The notes beneath the pieces are model-generated. The model made no database searches. It was not told the origin of the DNA and saw only the letters and a program-made list of their open reading frames with translations. A DNA stretch of 64,000 bases, taken from assembly GCF_003334315.1 (NCBI RefSeq), contig NZ_QOWR01000009.1, one strand, 5' to 3'. Position 1 is the first letter of the stretch; each line of letters starts with the position of its first letter. Below are positions 11,262 to 20,230 of this stretch, in pieces. A program made the position numbers and the translations under genes. This DNA comes from Escherichia coli. Lineage in GTDB: Bacteria; Pseudomonadota; Gammaproteobacteria; Enterobacterales; Enterobacteriaceae.

Positions 11262-11385
11262 AATGACCTGGTGGTCCGTGACTTCCCTACGCTGGCATTA
11301 TCCAGATCAGGTGATACGGGTATTTCTCAGCCTTCACGCAGAAGGGCACCCCGAGTCGTTTGGTTGCGATGATAAATCGCAGAGG
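11262..11385 (-). promoter_or_regulatory. TPP (THI-box) riboswitch in the thiM 5' leader
   Basis: The reverse complement of the leader contains ...GGGGUGCCCUUCUGCGUGAAGGCUGAGAAAUACCCGUAUCACCUGAUCUGGAUAAUGCCAGCGUAGGGAA..., including the conserved CUGAGA thi-box. It lies immediately upstream of the thiM start. Boundaries are approximate. Confidence 0.75.
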
Positions 11386-11454
11386 AGGATGGTAATGTCC
11401 AGCGCACGCGTTGTAAACGAGGAAAAACGGCAGTTTTACAATCGCGTTAATAAA

Positions 11455-11727
11455 TTATTTGATATATGAATCCAGCACCTTCAGAACGACATCCAGATCT
11501 TCTTCACGTTTTAGCTCATCCCCCTGGTGAACGATATGTTCCGTTAGATGACCTTTAATCACTTCCCGCATCAGACCGTTTACCGCGCCACGGATAGCAG
11601 CAATCTGTTGTAAAACTGCAGCGCATTCGTGCGGCTCGTCGAGCATTTTCTTGAGCGCCACGACCTGGCCCTGAATCTTACTGGCACGCGCTTTCAGTTT
11701 CTGTTTATCACGGATTGTATGAGACAT
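11455..11727 (-). CDS. rcnR: Ni(II)/Co(II)-responsive transcriptional repressor (CsoR/RcnR family)
   Basis: 90 aa; divergent from rcnA. Confidence 0.9.
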
Positions 11728-11775
11728 GGCAACACCTGGTTAACAAGAACATGAAAAATCATAGCACTATTAATC

Positions 11776-11810
11776 TACTGGGGGGTAGTATCAGGTACTG
11801 GGGGGGAGTA
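11776..11810. promoter_or_regulatory. Tandem RcnR operator sites (TACT-G6/7-N-AGTA) in the rcnR-rcnA intergenic region
   Basis: tactggggggtagta and tactgggggggagta are seen directly between the divergent rcnR and rcnA genes; this is the known G-tract operator architecture. Confidence 0.7.
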
Positions 11811-11847
11811 GAATCAGATTGCCGAATTAATACTAAGAATTATTATC

Positions 11848-12672
11848 ATGACCGAATTTACAACTCTTCTTCAGCAAGGAAACGCCTGGTTCTTCATCCC
11901 CAGCGCCATCTTACTTGGTGCGCTTCATGGCCTGGAACCAGGGCACTCAAAAACGATGATGGCGGCGTTTATCATCGCCATCAAAGGCACCATTAAACAG
12001 GCGGTGATGCTCGGACTGGCAGCAACCATTTCGCATACCGCGGTGGTCTGGTTGATTGCCTTTGGCGGGATGGTGATCAGTAAGCGCTTTACTGCTCAAT
12101 CAGCAGAACCGTGGCTCCAGCTGATTTCCGCAGTGATCATTATTGGCACCGCGTTCTGGATGTTCTGGCGTACCTGGCGCGGCGAACGCAACTGGCTGGA
12201 GAATATGCACGGGCATGATTATGAGCATCATCACCACGATCACGAAGATCACCACGACCATGGACATCATCACCATCACGAACATGGCGAGTATCAGGAT
12301 GCCCATGCACGAGCCCATGCCAATGACATTAAACGACGCTTTGATGGTAGAGAGGTCACCAACTGGCAAATTTTGCTATTTGGCTTAACCGGTGGCCTTA
12401 TCCCCTGCCCGGCAGCAATTACCGTGCTGTTGATATGCATTCAGTTGAAAGCCCTGACACTGGGCGCAACACTGGTCGTCAGTTTCAGCATTGGCCTGGC
12501 GTTAACGCTTGTCACCGTAGGCGTTGGCGCAGCAATCAGCGTTCAGCAGGTCGCAAAACGCTGGAGCGGATTTAACACTCTCGCTAAACGCGCCCCCTAT
12601 TTTTCCAGTCTGTTGATTGGCTTAGTTGGTGTGTATATGGGCGTACATGGCTTCATGGGCATAATGCGATAA
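11848..12672 (+). CDS. rcnA: Nickel/cobalt efflux protein
   Basis: 274-aa membrane protein with a His-rich cytoplasmic loop (HGHDYEHHHHDHEDHHDHGHHHHHEHGE). Confidence 0.9.
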   Translation: MTEFTTLLQQGNAWFFIPSAILLGALHGLEPGHSKTMMAAFIIAIKGTIKQAVMLGLAATISHTAVVWLIAFGGMVISKRFTAQSAEPWLQLISAVIIIGTAFWMFWRTWRGERNWLENMHGHDYEHHHHDHEDHHDHGHHHHHEHGEYQDAHARAHANDIKRRFDGREVTNWQILLFGLTGGLIPCPAAITVLLICIQLKALTLGATLVVSFSIGLALTLVTVGVGAAISVQQVAKRWSGFNTLAKRAPYFSSLLIGLVGVYMGVHGFMGIMR

Positions 12673-12890
12673 CTCAATCCTTTAGGCTTGCATGTTATCT
12701 TCAGCCCAGGATGATTCTTAAATCAGCTATTTCCGCTGACTCTCTGCTCGCTAAGGATGCTTTTAGGGCATCCTTTCATTTACACTTTTTACGAAATCAT
12801 GGGATCACTAACAAAATATCGCTTGTCAGTTATATTGTATGGCAGGAAAGATATGCGACTGATATTACAGATCCCCAAAGTGGAGAGTTT

Positions 12891-13229
12891 ATGACCATTA
12901 AAAATAAGATGTTGCTGGGTGCGCTTTTGCTGGTTACCAGTGCCGCCTGGGCCGCACCAGCCACCGCGGGTTCGACCAATACCTCGGGAATTTCTAAGTA
13001 TGAGTTAAGCAGTTTCATTGCTGACTTTAAGCATTTCAAACCAGGGGACACCGTACCAGAAATGTACCGTACCGATGAGTACAACATTAAGCAGTGGCAG
13101 TTGCGTAACCTGCCCGCACCTGACGCCGGAACCCACTGGACCTATATGGGTGGCGCGTACGTGTTGATCAGCGACACCGACGGAAAAATCATTAAAGCCT
13201 ACGACGGTGAGATTTTTTATCATCGCTAA
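12891..13229 (+). CDS. rcnB: Periplasmic protein modulating Ni/Co efflux
   Basis: 112 aa with signal peptide (MTIKNKMLLGALLLVTSAAWA). Start set at the internal ATG of ORF 12711..13229. Confidence 0.8.
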   Translation: MTIKNKMLLGALLLVTSAAWAAPATAGSTNTSGISKYELSSFIADFKHFKPGDTVPEMYRTDEYNIKQWQLRNLPAPDAGTHWTYMGGAYVLISDTDGKIIKAYDGEIFYHR

Positions 13230-13240
13230 AAAAAGCCCCC

Positions 13241-13259
13241 TCGGAGAGAGGGGGAAATG
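13241..13259. terminator. Bidirectional terminator hairpin between rcnB and yehA
   Basis: CCCCCTC-ggaga-GAGGGGG stem-loop flanked by an A-run and T-rich sequence, between convergent genes. Confidence 0.45.
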
Positions 13260-13310
13260 CAGACACCTTATTATTTCTTATTATTAGCCACTTGCTCGTC
13301 TTGCTTGTTA

Positions 13311-14345
13311 TTAGTCGTATTTCACGTTGATTAATGCGGTTGCTTCCAGTGCGCCAGATTTAACTTTGTTTGTATCGTAGACGTAGTAACTGGCTGTTAT
13401 CGGAATTGAAACCGTTGTATCTGTAAGTTTTGACTTTGCCGCAATTTCTTTTAAATTTGTGTATCCTTTACTGCTGTTAGTGATATTTAAAAGTGTGACT
13501 GGCGAACTATTACTTTCAAGAATAAATCCTACGCCATTATCTTCCGCACCTTTCAGTATTGTGTTGCTGTTGGTTAACAAGTCAGAACTTGATAAATACA
13601 CCTGCATTTTCCGTGATGTTTGATTTTGTTGACCTAATAAATTTTTACAACGCAGAATAATATCCCCTTGTTTACTATTTATTGTTGCTTTGTTACCTGT
13701 GGCTGGTAATTGTGAAACGGGAATACTGTCTAAAGTAATTAATAAATCGTCCGGTTTGCAGGTTGTGGTTATCGGGTTGTATGACAATGTCAGATTAAAG
13801 GAATAGACACCTGCATTTTGTGCCAATGCATTTCTGTAGCTATTTACACATGCATCCCATGACTTGCCACCTAATAAACACAGTAGAAATTGTACTGCGG
13901 CACTCCCGCGTGTCGATGATGAAGCACTGGATAATGTTGCAACACCATTAATCATCACTGAACCGCCGCCCCCCGCAGAAACATTCACTTTTGCATTACT
14001 GGCCGCAGGTGTCACCGTTACCGAATAACCATTGGTGAAACTGGTCTGATTATTTGACAACGTGATGTTATTTTTATTGGTCCATTCAAAATGTAAATTT
14101 AATTTAATGGTATCGTTATAAAGTCCAACAATAATATCCGACGGGCTCATAGGGGTGATAGTATTTGTACTTACGCATGACGAATCATTAAAATTATGCT
14201 CATATGTCGCCATTTGTGTTTGAGTAAGTGCAAAACCCCCCTGAACAACCAAGTTGTGCTGAACAGATAACTCACTATAACATGCCGCATAGCTCACAGG
14301 CATAACCATCATCATTAATATAAATAGCATTATGCGAATTTCCAT
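13311..14345 (-). CDS. yehA: Fimbrial adhesin-like (tip) subunit of the Yeh chaperone-usher fimbriae
   Basis: 344 aa with signal peptide; last gene of the yehDCBA operon. Confidence 0.85.
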   Translation of the reverse strand: MEIRIMLFILMMMVMPVSYAACYSELSVQHNLVVQGGFALTQTQMATYEHNFNDSSCVSTNTITPMSPSDIIVGLYNDTIKLNLHFEWTNKNNITLSNNQTSFTNGYSVTVTPAASNAKVNVSAGGGGSVMINGVATLSSASSSTRGSAAVQFLLCLLGGKSWDACVNSYRNALAQNAGVYSFNLTLSYNPITTTCKPDDLLITLDSIPVSQLPATGNKATINSKQGDIILRCKNLLGQQNQTSRKMQVYLSSSDLLTNSNTILKGAEDNGVGFILESNSSPVTLLNITNSSKGYTNLKEIAAKSKLTDTTVSIPITASYYVYDTNKVKSGALEATALINVKYD

Positions 14346-14360
14346 AGAACCACCTGACTA

Positions 14361-16841
14361 TTACTGGCAAATATAATTTCTACTTTCATCAATCTCTTTA
14401 CCGAAGGTGATTGTGCATGAAAGTCCTTGTTGCTTATCAATTGCCACATTAACCGATGGCGGTACTTCATTGGTGCGAATAAATAACTGACTTCCCTGGC
14501 CGACAACGCCAATATTATGACCATGGATATCATTGACTTCATAACCAAACGTTAATGATTGCCCATCTGCTCTTAACGCTTTTATAAACCATGGCTTGCG
14601 CTGATCGGTATCAAAATTAACAAGTACAACCGCGCCGCGATAAGGGGCGGCAATTTTCCGGTTGCCACGTAATTCTGCTTCGCTATCGCTTTGCGACACA
14701 TCCAGCATCAGGTGATTTTCCCGATAAGGTGTCATTCCGTCGTATATCACCACTCCATTACGGTTTGTTGTGCGATATTTTTGCCCATTGACATAAGCAT
14801 CTTTAATTCCTGGCGCATTCATCACAGCAAACGTTTCGGAAAGACGGTTCGCCAGATTAACGCCACCCGACCAGGCGACAATGCCCCCTAAAACACTGGC
14901 TCCAGCCTGTCGATAAGTACTCGACTGACTATAACTGCCATTCACTGTCGCAACCGGCGCGTTCCAGGTCAAATTCGCCCCAGCTGTCGTTTCATTTCCC
15001 TGATGTTGATGACTCAGGTTGACACCATAATTGAACTGATCCCGACTCCCTACTGTTCCTGATAATCCCGTATTATTTGAGGCAAACCCCTGATCATCAA
15101 ACGTCGTTGAGTTAGACATATATATTTGCCGACGAGGCGTCGAAACGTCATCACCCCAATCAAAGGGAATCGATATAAAAATATTAAAACGTTTCTCTTC
15201 ATGATGATTCTCGTCATAAGCCTGGCTTGCCGCGAGGGTATAGCTTATCCGTCGCAGGTTGTTGGAATAACTCAACTGATAATCCTTACTACTGCCGCTA
15301 CGCCCCCAGTAATCTCGCCATAACGTACTTAATGACACAGACCCCCAACCTTCTGGCAATGACTGGCTCATATTGGCGGAAAAGCTATTTTTGCGGCCAA
15401 AATCGTTCTGGTAATAATCGGCAATGTCATAGACATCGTTTTCATCACGGCGATAATTATCTTTATTGTTTGCCCAAACGTGATCGTTAAATGTCCGGTA
15501 ATCACGCGACGAATAACGCCAGGCCGCCAGACCAAAACGCGTCGACGTTTGGCTCACAAATTTGTTGTAGGCAATTTGATAACTTTGCCCGTCAAACACA
15601 TCGCCGTTGTCTTGTTTACTATGCGACTTAGTGGCATCGACGGAAATGGCACCAATGCGTGTATTCCAGCCAGCCCCCAAAGTAAACGCGTAATAATTAT
15701 TCGCGACCATCGAGCCACCATACAGCGTCAATAAATTATTAAAACCATACTGATAACCCGCCTGGACAAAATCACTTTGTTTGCTCGCCCCTTCAATATG
15801 GCTACGACCCGCCGCTAAATCATATTTCGACACGCCGGGTTGCAGCATATTTGGCACCGCTGCATAAGGCACCAGATAGGTGGTTACCGAGCCGTCCGCC
15901 TCTTTCACGCTGACATCAAGATCTGCTCCACCACCGGCCAACTGCAAATCTGTAATCGCGAACGGGCCAGGAGGAACCTCTTTCTGATAAACCACAAAAC
16001 CATTCTGTTCAATAGTTACCAGCGCGTTACTCTGAGCAATCCCCTGCACCCGTGGCGTAAAATTTTGTTTCGAGTTAGGCAACATCTGCATATCACGAAA
16101 CAACCGCACACCTCTGAAGCGAACAGAATCAAAAATATCGCTTGATGTGTACATATCACCCACGCGAAGCGTGCCGAGAAGTTGGGCAAATCCACGTTCC
16201 AGATACAGGGTATTGCTTTTCCACACCCCTGGATTGTTATTTGTTTTACTGAAACTGGCATCAGAATGCAGTTGCCACCCCAGTAAATTTAACCCGCTGT
16301 TAAAACGTACATATGTACTCTTGTTATTACCCGACGCTTTATAGTCGCTGTAATACTGACTCAGATAATAAGAGGTATAAAACGCATTAATACCCCGCTC
16401 CCAGTTTTCCGGTGGAACATAGCCACTTTCCAGTTCTTCCACCCAGGCCTGCGGGACACTGAAATCGAGACGAAAAACCCCGATATCCCAGGTATAGCTC
16501 CCACCCTGAACAAGTTGCTCAAATGTTAAACATTGCTTACCGCTGGCGAAGTTATCGCTATTAATGCCTAACCGCTTGATAACTTCTCTTGATAAACATG
16601 TTTCTTGCGGGTTGTCTTTAACAATAATCTCATATTTCCCGCGCCATTGCTTATTGACATAAATATCGATGTCATACTGCCCCGGTAAGGGTTGATTATC
16701 ATCAAGACGAATATTTGCAACCTGCTGGTCTTTCATTCCACCTATCATAAAATGGGTATCAAAGGTTTCTTCAGCTGCATAAGCTTCAATGCCGAGCAAT
16801 AACGCTACGATTGCTGATGCAAGTGGGGTCATTCTCAACAT
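14361..16841 (-). CDS. yehB: Fimbrial outer-membrane usher
   Basis: About 826 aa usher-family protein. Start could alternatively be the upstream ATG at 16856. Confidence 0.85.
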   Translation of the reverse strand: MLRMTPLASAIVALLLGIEAYAAEETFDTHFMIGGMKDQQVANIRLDDNQPLPGQYDIDIYVNKQWRGKYEIIVKDNPQETCLSREVIKRLGINSDNFASGKQCLTFEQLVQGGSYTWDIGVFRLDFSVPQAWVEELESGYVPPENWERGINAFYTSYYLSQYYSDYKASGNNKSTYVRFNSGLNLLGWQLHSDASFSKTNNNPGVWKSNTLYLERGFAQLLGTLRVGDMYTSSDIFDSVRFRGVRLFRDMQMLPNSKQNFTPRVQGIAQSNALVTIEQNGFVVYQKEVPPGPFAITDLQLAGGGADLDVSVKEADGSVTTYLVPYAAVPNMLQPGVSKYDLAAGRSHIEGASKQSDFVQAGYQYGFNNLLTLYGGSMVANNYYAFTLGAGWNTRIGAISVDATKSHSKQDNGDVFDGQSYQIAYNKFVSQTSTRFGLAAWRYSSRDYRTFNDHVWANNKDNYRRDENDVYDIADYYQNDFGRKNSFSANMSQSLPEGWGSVSLSTLWRDYWGRSGSSKDYQLSYSNNLRRISYTLAASQAYDENHHEEKRFNIFISIPFDWGDDVSTPRRQIYMSNSTTFDDQGFASNNTGLSGTVGSRDQFNYGVNLSHQHQGNETTAGANLTWNAPVATVNGSYSQSSTYRQAGASVLGGIVAWSGGVNLANRLSETFAVMNAPGIKDAYVNGQKYRTTNRNGVVIYDGMTPYRENHLMLDVSQSDSEAELRGNRKIAAPYRGAVVLVNFDTDQRKPWFIKALRADGQSLTFGYEVNDIHGHNIGVVGQGSQLFIRTNEVPPSVNVAIDKQQGLSCTITFGKEIDESRNYICQ

Positions 16842-16856
16842 AGGCAGCTCCTGCAA

Positions 16857-17531
16857 TTAAATTTTGTCACTAATATAGTTGCCATGGTCATCGATAATGG
16901 TCAGATGCCAGTTATTTGCATTATTACTTTTGACATTAACACTCTGACTTTCTAAGGGGGCAATCATAATAGTTTCATAATTGACTTTGACATTATTAGC
17001 TTTGACATCCGAAATCGTCACCCAATTAGCTGAGTCATTTTTTATCACCAAACCATTGCCACTGCGATTTACCAGCAATTTTTTAAATGTCGCTTTATTT
17101 ACCGGAGCAATACCCGCTGGCCGGTAAAACAACTTAATTCTGTTTTGCATCGCAAACTTCAGTGCATTCTTACCTTCTTGCTCTGGACTATTTGGTGGAA
17201 TATCCAGAACATTCAGATAAAAAATGCTTTCTTTATTAGTGGGCAGTTTATTCGGCATAGTTTTGATTTTTACTTGCTGCCCGGAATTTGCCCCTATTTT
17301 TGCCACTGGTGGCGTTAACATGAAAGGAACCTGAATTTTTTCTGGTGGTAATGACGTATCGCCATCATCAATCCACGCCTGCAGCAGCGAAGAACGGTTT
17401 CCCTGGTTCATCAACTGCACCATCACTTCTTTATTTTCTGCCGGGTAAATAATGCGCGTCCCGTAGATAACAATTCCGGCATGTGCAGGAAGGACCATAG
17501 AAAAAATGAGTAAAGATAATAATCCTTTCAT
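16857..17531 (-). CDS. yehC: Fimbrial periplasmic chaperone (PapD-like)
   Basis: PapD-like chaperone sequence. Start chosen at 17531 (MKGLLSLL... signal peptide) because a strong AAGAGGA Shine-Dalgarno sits 5-6 nt upstream. The ORF-track start at 17576 would place the intergenic hairpin inside the coding sequence. Confidence 0.75.
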   Translation of the reverse strand: MKGLLSLLIFSMVLPAHAGIVIYGTRIIYPAENKEVMVQLMNQGNRSSLLQAWIDDGDTSLPPEKIQVPFMLTPPVAKIGANSGQQVKIKTMPNKLPTNKESIFYLNVLDIPPNSPEQEGKNALKFAMQNRIKLFYRPAGIAPVNKATFKKLLVNRSGNGLVIKNDSANWVTISDVKANNVKVNYETIMIAPLESQSVNVKSNNANNWHLTIIDDHGNYISDKI

Positions 17532-17553
17532 TTTAATTCCTCTTAAATTAAAA

Positions 17554-17574
17554 GGCCGCCATGGGATAGCGGCC
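17554..17574 (-). promoter_or_regulatory. Intercistronic stem-loop between yehD and yehC
   Basis: GGCCGC-catgggata-GCGGCC inverted repeat between the major-subunit and chaperone genes; partial terminator/mRNA-stability elements at this position are typical of chaperone-usher operons. Confidence 0.4.
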
Positions 17575-17610
17575 ATGTTTATTACCTGGAGAAACTTACA
17601 ATTTTATTTA

Positions 17611-18153
17611 TTAATCCTGCGCCACACGCATAACCAGAGAAGATAACACATCACCTGATTGCACTGAGTTATCTGTCAGTTTCAGGTATTTTGCTTTAAA
17701 CGGAATAGCATATTGACCTTCCGCTGTTTTATAACTCTCAATGTTAAAAGGTGCAGAAACATCCAGGACATCGCTGTTATCACCTAAATAGAGATAGTAA
17801 CCCACGGTATCGTTGCTACTGGCTATCGCCTTATCGTTACCGGTTATTTTATCGTTGGTAATCAACGAGAGTTTTACACCAGCAACTTCTTTCGGGCAGC
17901 TAATTTTTAACATGCTGCTGGTTACACCGACTGCATCATCATAGGTAGAATATTTAGCTTTACCTTCAAAGACACTGGTTGGTACAGTCGGCATATTAAT
18001 ACTTACTGAATCACCACCCGCTTCGAATTTACACGGAGATTCTGCAATATTCCCCTTAATAGTTAATGTTCCGGTATCAACGTCTGCAGCAAATACTCCA
18101 GCGCTCATAAAAAAAGAAGAAAAGACAGCGGCAGCAATAATTGAACGTTTCAT
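17611..18153 (-). CDS. yehD: Fimbrial major subunit (fimbrillin)
   Basis: 180 aa with signal peptide and fimbrillin-like C-terminus. Confidence 0.85.
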   Translation of the reverse strand: MKRSIIAAAVFSSFFMSAGVFAADVDTGTLTIKGNIAESPCKFEAGGDSVSINMPTVPTSVFEGKAKYSTYDDAVGVTSSMLKISCPKEVAGVKLSLITNDKITGNDKAIASSNDTVGYYLYLGDNSDVLDVSAPFNIESYKTAEGQYAIPFKAKYLKLTDNSVQSGDVLSSLVMRVAQD

Positions 18154-18380
18154 AATATGTTCCTTAATAAAATTTATTTTTGGTTGTTAAGAGTCTGTAT
18201 CTCTTGGAAACAAATTTCTCACATCAAAAAAGTTGCCGCAATGTAAACACATTGTTTTATTGATTTAAAAAAAATTAACAATTGCAATATAAATACAACA
18301 AATATTTAAGAGTATTAACTATTTATCGCATCTATCAATTAATGTAGATTTATGTAAATGGTATTGTTGATATCAATAAA
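18154..18380 (-). promoter_or_regulatory. AT-rich upstream/promoter region of the yehDCBA fimbrial operon
   Basis: More than 75% A+T with A/T tracts; this is the kind of curved AT-rich DNA that is typically silenced by H-NS. Confidence 0.4.
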
Positions 18381-18420
18381 AAAGCCGAAATCATTTATAT
18401 AAATGATTTCGGCTTTCTAA
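18381..18420 (-). terminator. Intrinsic terminator downstream of yehE
   Basis: AGCCGAAATCATTT-ataaa-AATGATTTCGGCT hairpin with flanking A/T runs. Confidence 0.5.
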
Positions 18421-18445
18421 ATGCAATTAAAATCAGGTTGCCAAA

Positions 18446-18727
18446 TTAATCGTAGCGATTTAACACGATTCGACGTTTGCTATCGCTACCTGCAACAACC
18501 ACTTCTGTCGTTACACCTTTGACGGGCGAAGAAAACAGATGACGGGTGTCAACATTATACGTTAACTGACCACAATGCTGTTGAGGTTGACCATTAACCA
18601 TAGCCATACTGCATGTTGGGGGACTGATCCTGCCATTAATCGCTAATGTGGCAGTCTCTGAAGAGAATGCGGGAGAAGCCAATCCATAGGCAAGAAAAAT
18701 AATTCCTGACAGCCAATACTTATTCAT
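18446..18727 (-). CDS. yehE: Small secreted protein of unknown function
   Basis: 93 aa with signal peptide. Confidence 0.8.
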   Translation of the reverse strand: MNKYWLSGIIFLAYGLASPAFSSETATLAINGRISPPTCSMAMVNGQPQQHCGQLTYNVDTRHLFSSPVKGVTTEVVVAGSDSKRRIVLNRYD

Positions 18728-18989
18728 TGAACGTTATCCCTGTAGTAAAGGTTATGCCTGGATAGAATGAGTGCATAACAAACTATAGCTGTACATCCAC
18801 TACACAGCCACGAAGGATGATAATGAAGCATTGCCTGTATGATCAATCGACTTTGTAGAGTTTCGGACGAAGGTCCGCAGAATATTCGCAGTATTAAATA
18901 AGTGTTCATTAATGCGGCAAAAACTAATACACCGCATCAATGTAACATCTCTGCGGTGTATGAAGAATAACCAGAATGGTTAATAGGCG

Positions 18990-20099
18990 TTAGACCGCGC
19001 GGAAGGAAATCTCGCCTGGAATGACTTCACCCTGCCAGTAGAGCTGAGCTGCAACGCGGTCAGCCAGCTGGCGGTAGATAGCGGTAAATTCGCTCTCCGG
19101 ACGGCTGATAACCGTTGGCGTACCTTTATCGAGATCCTCACGTAAGGAGATGTGTAACGGCATCTGCCCCAGCAGCTGTGTATGGTATTTTTCAGCCAGT
19201 TTCTCTGCACCACCGGTACCGAAAATCGGTTCATGGTGACCACAGTTACTGCAAATATGCACACTCATGTTCTCGACAATACCGAGCACCGGAACCTCGA
19301 CTTTCTCGAACATCACAATGCCTTTTTTCGCATCGATCAGCGCGATGTCCTGCGGGGTGGTGACCACGACTGCACCGGTTACTGGAATGTTTTGCGCCAG
19401 CGTCAATTGAATGTCACCGGTGCCTGGCGGCATATCAAGCACCAGATAGTCGAGATCCGGCCACAAGGTTTCCTGCAACATCTGCATTAACGCCTTGCTC
19501 GCCATCGGTCCACGCCACACCATCGCATTGTCGTCAGTGACCAGATAACCAATTGAATTGGTTGCCAGGCCATGAGACATAATCGGTGCCATATGGGTAC
19601 CGTCCGGCGAAGTTGGACGCTGATTTTCTGCGCCCAACATTGTTGGGATTGATGGGCCGTAGATATCGGCGTCCAGAATGCCGACTTTCGCCCCTTCTGC
19701 CGCCAGCGCCAGTGCCAGGTTTACCGCCGTGGACGATTTACCCACGCCGCCTTTACCGGAACTCACCGCGATAATGTTCTTCACACCGTTAATTCCCGGC
19801 TGATTCTTCACGCGTTTCAGAGTGGCTATGTTATACGACAGTTTCCAGTCGATAGCTTTCGCCCCGGTGATGCGCAGCAGTTCGGCGCTACATTGCTCTT
19901 TTAACTCTTCGAACGCGCTATGCCAGACAAACGGCATAACCAGTTCCACATGCAACGTGTCGTCCATCCAGGCGACATGGTGCAACGCTTTCAGCGTGGT
20001 GAGGTTATGCTTCAGGGTTGGGTGCTGAAAATTGGCCAGTGTCCCGGCGACCATTGCGCGCAAGGCTTCTGGTGATTTGGCCTGGGATTGTTCGTTCAT
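18990..20099 (-). CDS. mrp: Fe-S cluster carrier ATPase (Mrp/NBP35 family)
   Basis: 369 aa from the internal ATG (MNEQSQAK...); P-loop SGKGGVGKS; divergent from metG. Confidence 0.9.
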   Translation of the reverse strand: MNEQSQAKSPEALRAMVAGTLANFQHPTLKHNLTTLKALHHVAWMDDTLHVELVMPFVWHSAFEELKEQCSAELLRITGAKAIDWKLSYNIATLKRVKNQPGINGVKNIIAVSSGKGGVGKSSTAVNLALALAAEGAKVGILDADIYGPSIPTMLGAENQRPTSPDGTHMAPIMSHGLATNSIGYLVTDDNAMVWRGPMASKALMQMLQETLWPDLDYLVLDMPPGTGDIQLTLAQNIPVTGAVVVTTPQDIALIDAKKGIVMFEKVEVPVLGIVENMSVHICSNCGHHEPIFGTGGAEKLAEKYHTQLLGQMPLHISLREDLDKGTPTVISRPESEFTAIYRQLADRVAAQLYWQGEVIPGEISFRAV

Positions 20100-20230
20100 C
20101 CCGACTCCTTTTTTGTATAGATAAACCATCAGCTGATAGTTTACCTGAAGAATATAGAGAAGTACTTACTTAACATTTTCCCATTTGGTACTATCTAACC
20201 CCTTTTCACTATTAAGAAGTAATGCCTACT

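Noticed and set aside
12220-12310. His-codon-rich low-complexity tract (CAT/CAC repeats)
   Set aside because: It encodes the known histidine-rich metal-binding loop of RcnA, not a non-coding microsatellite.
12711-13229. 172-aa version of the rcnB ORF
   Set aside because: The N-terminal extension has no signal peptide or ribosome-binding site; the real start is the internal ATG at 12891, giving the 112-aa secreted protein.
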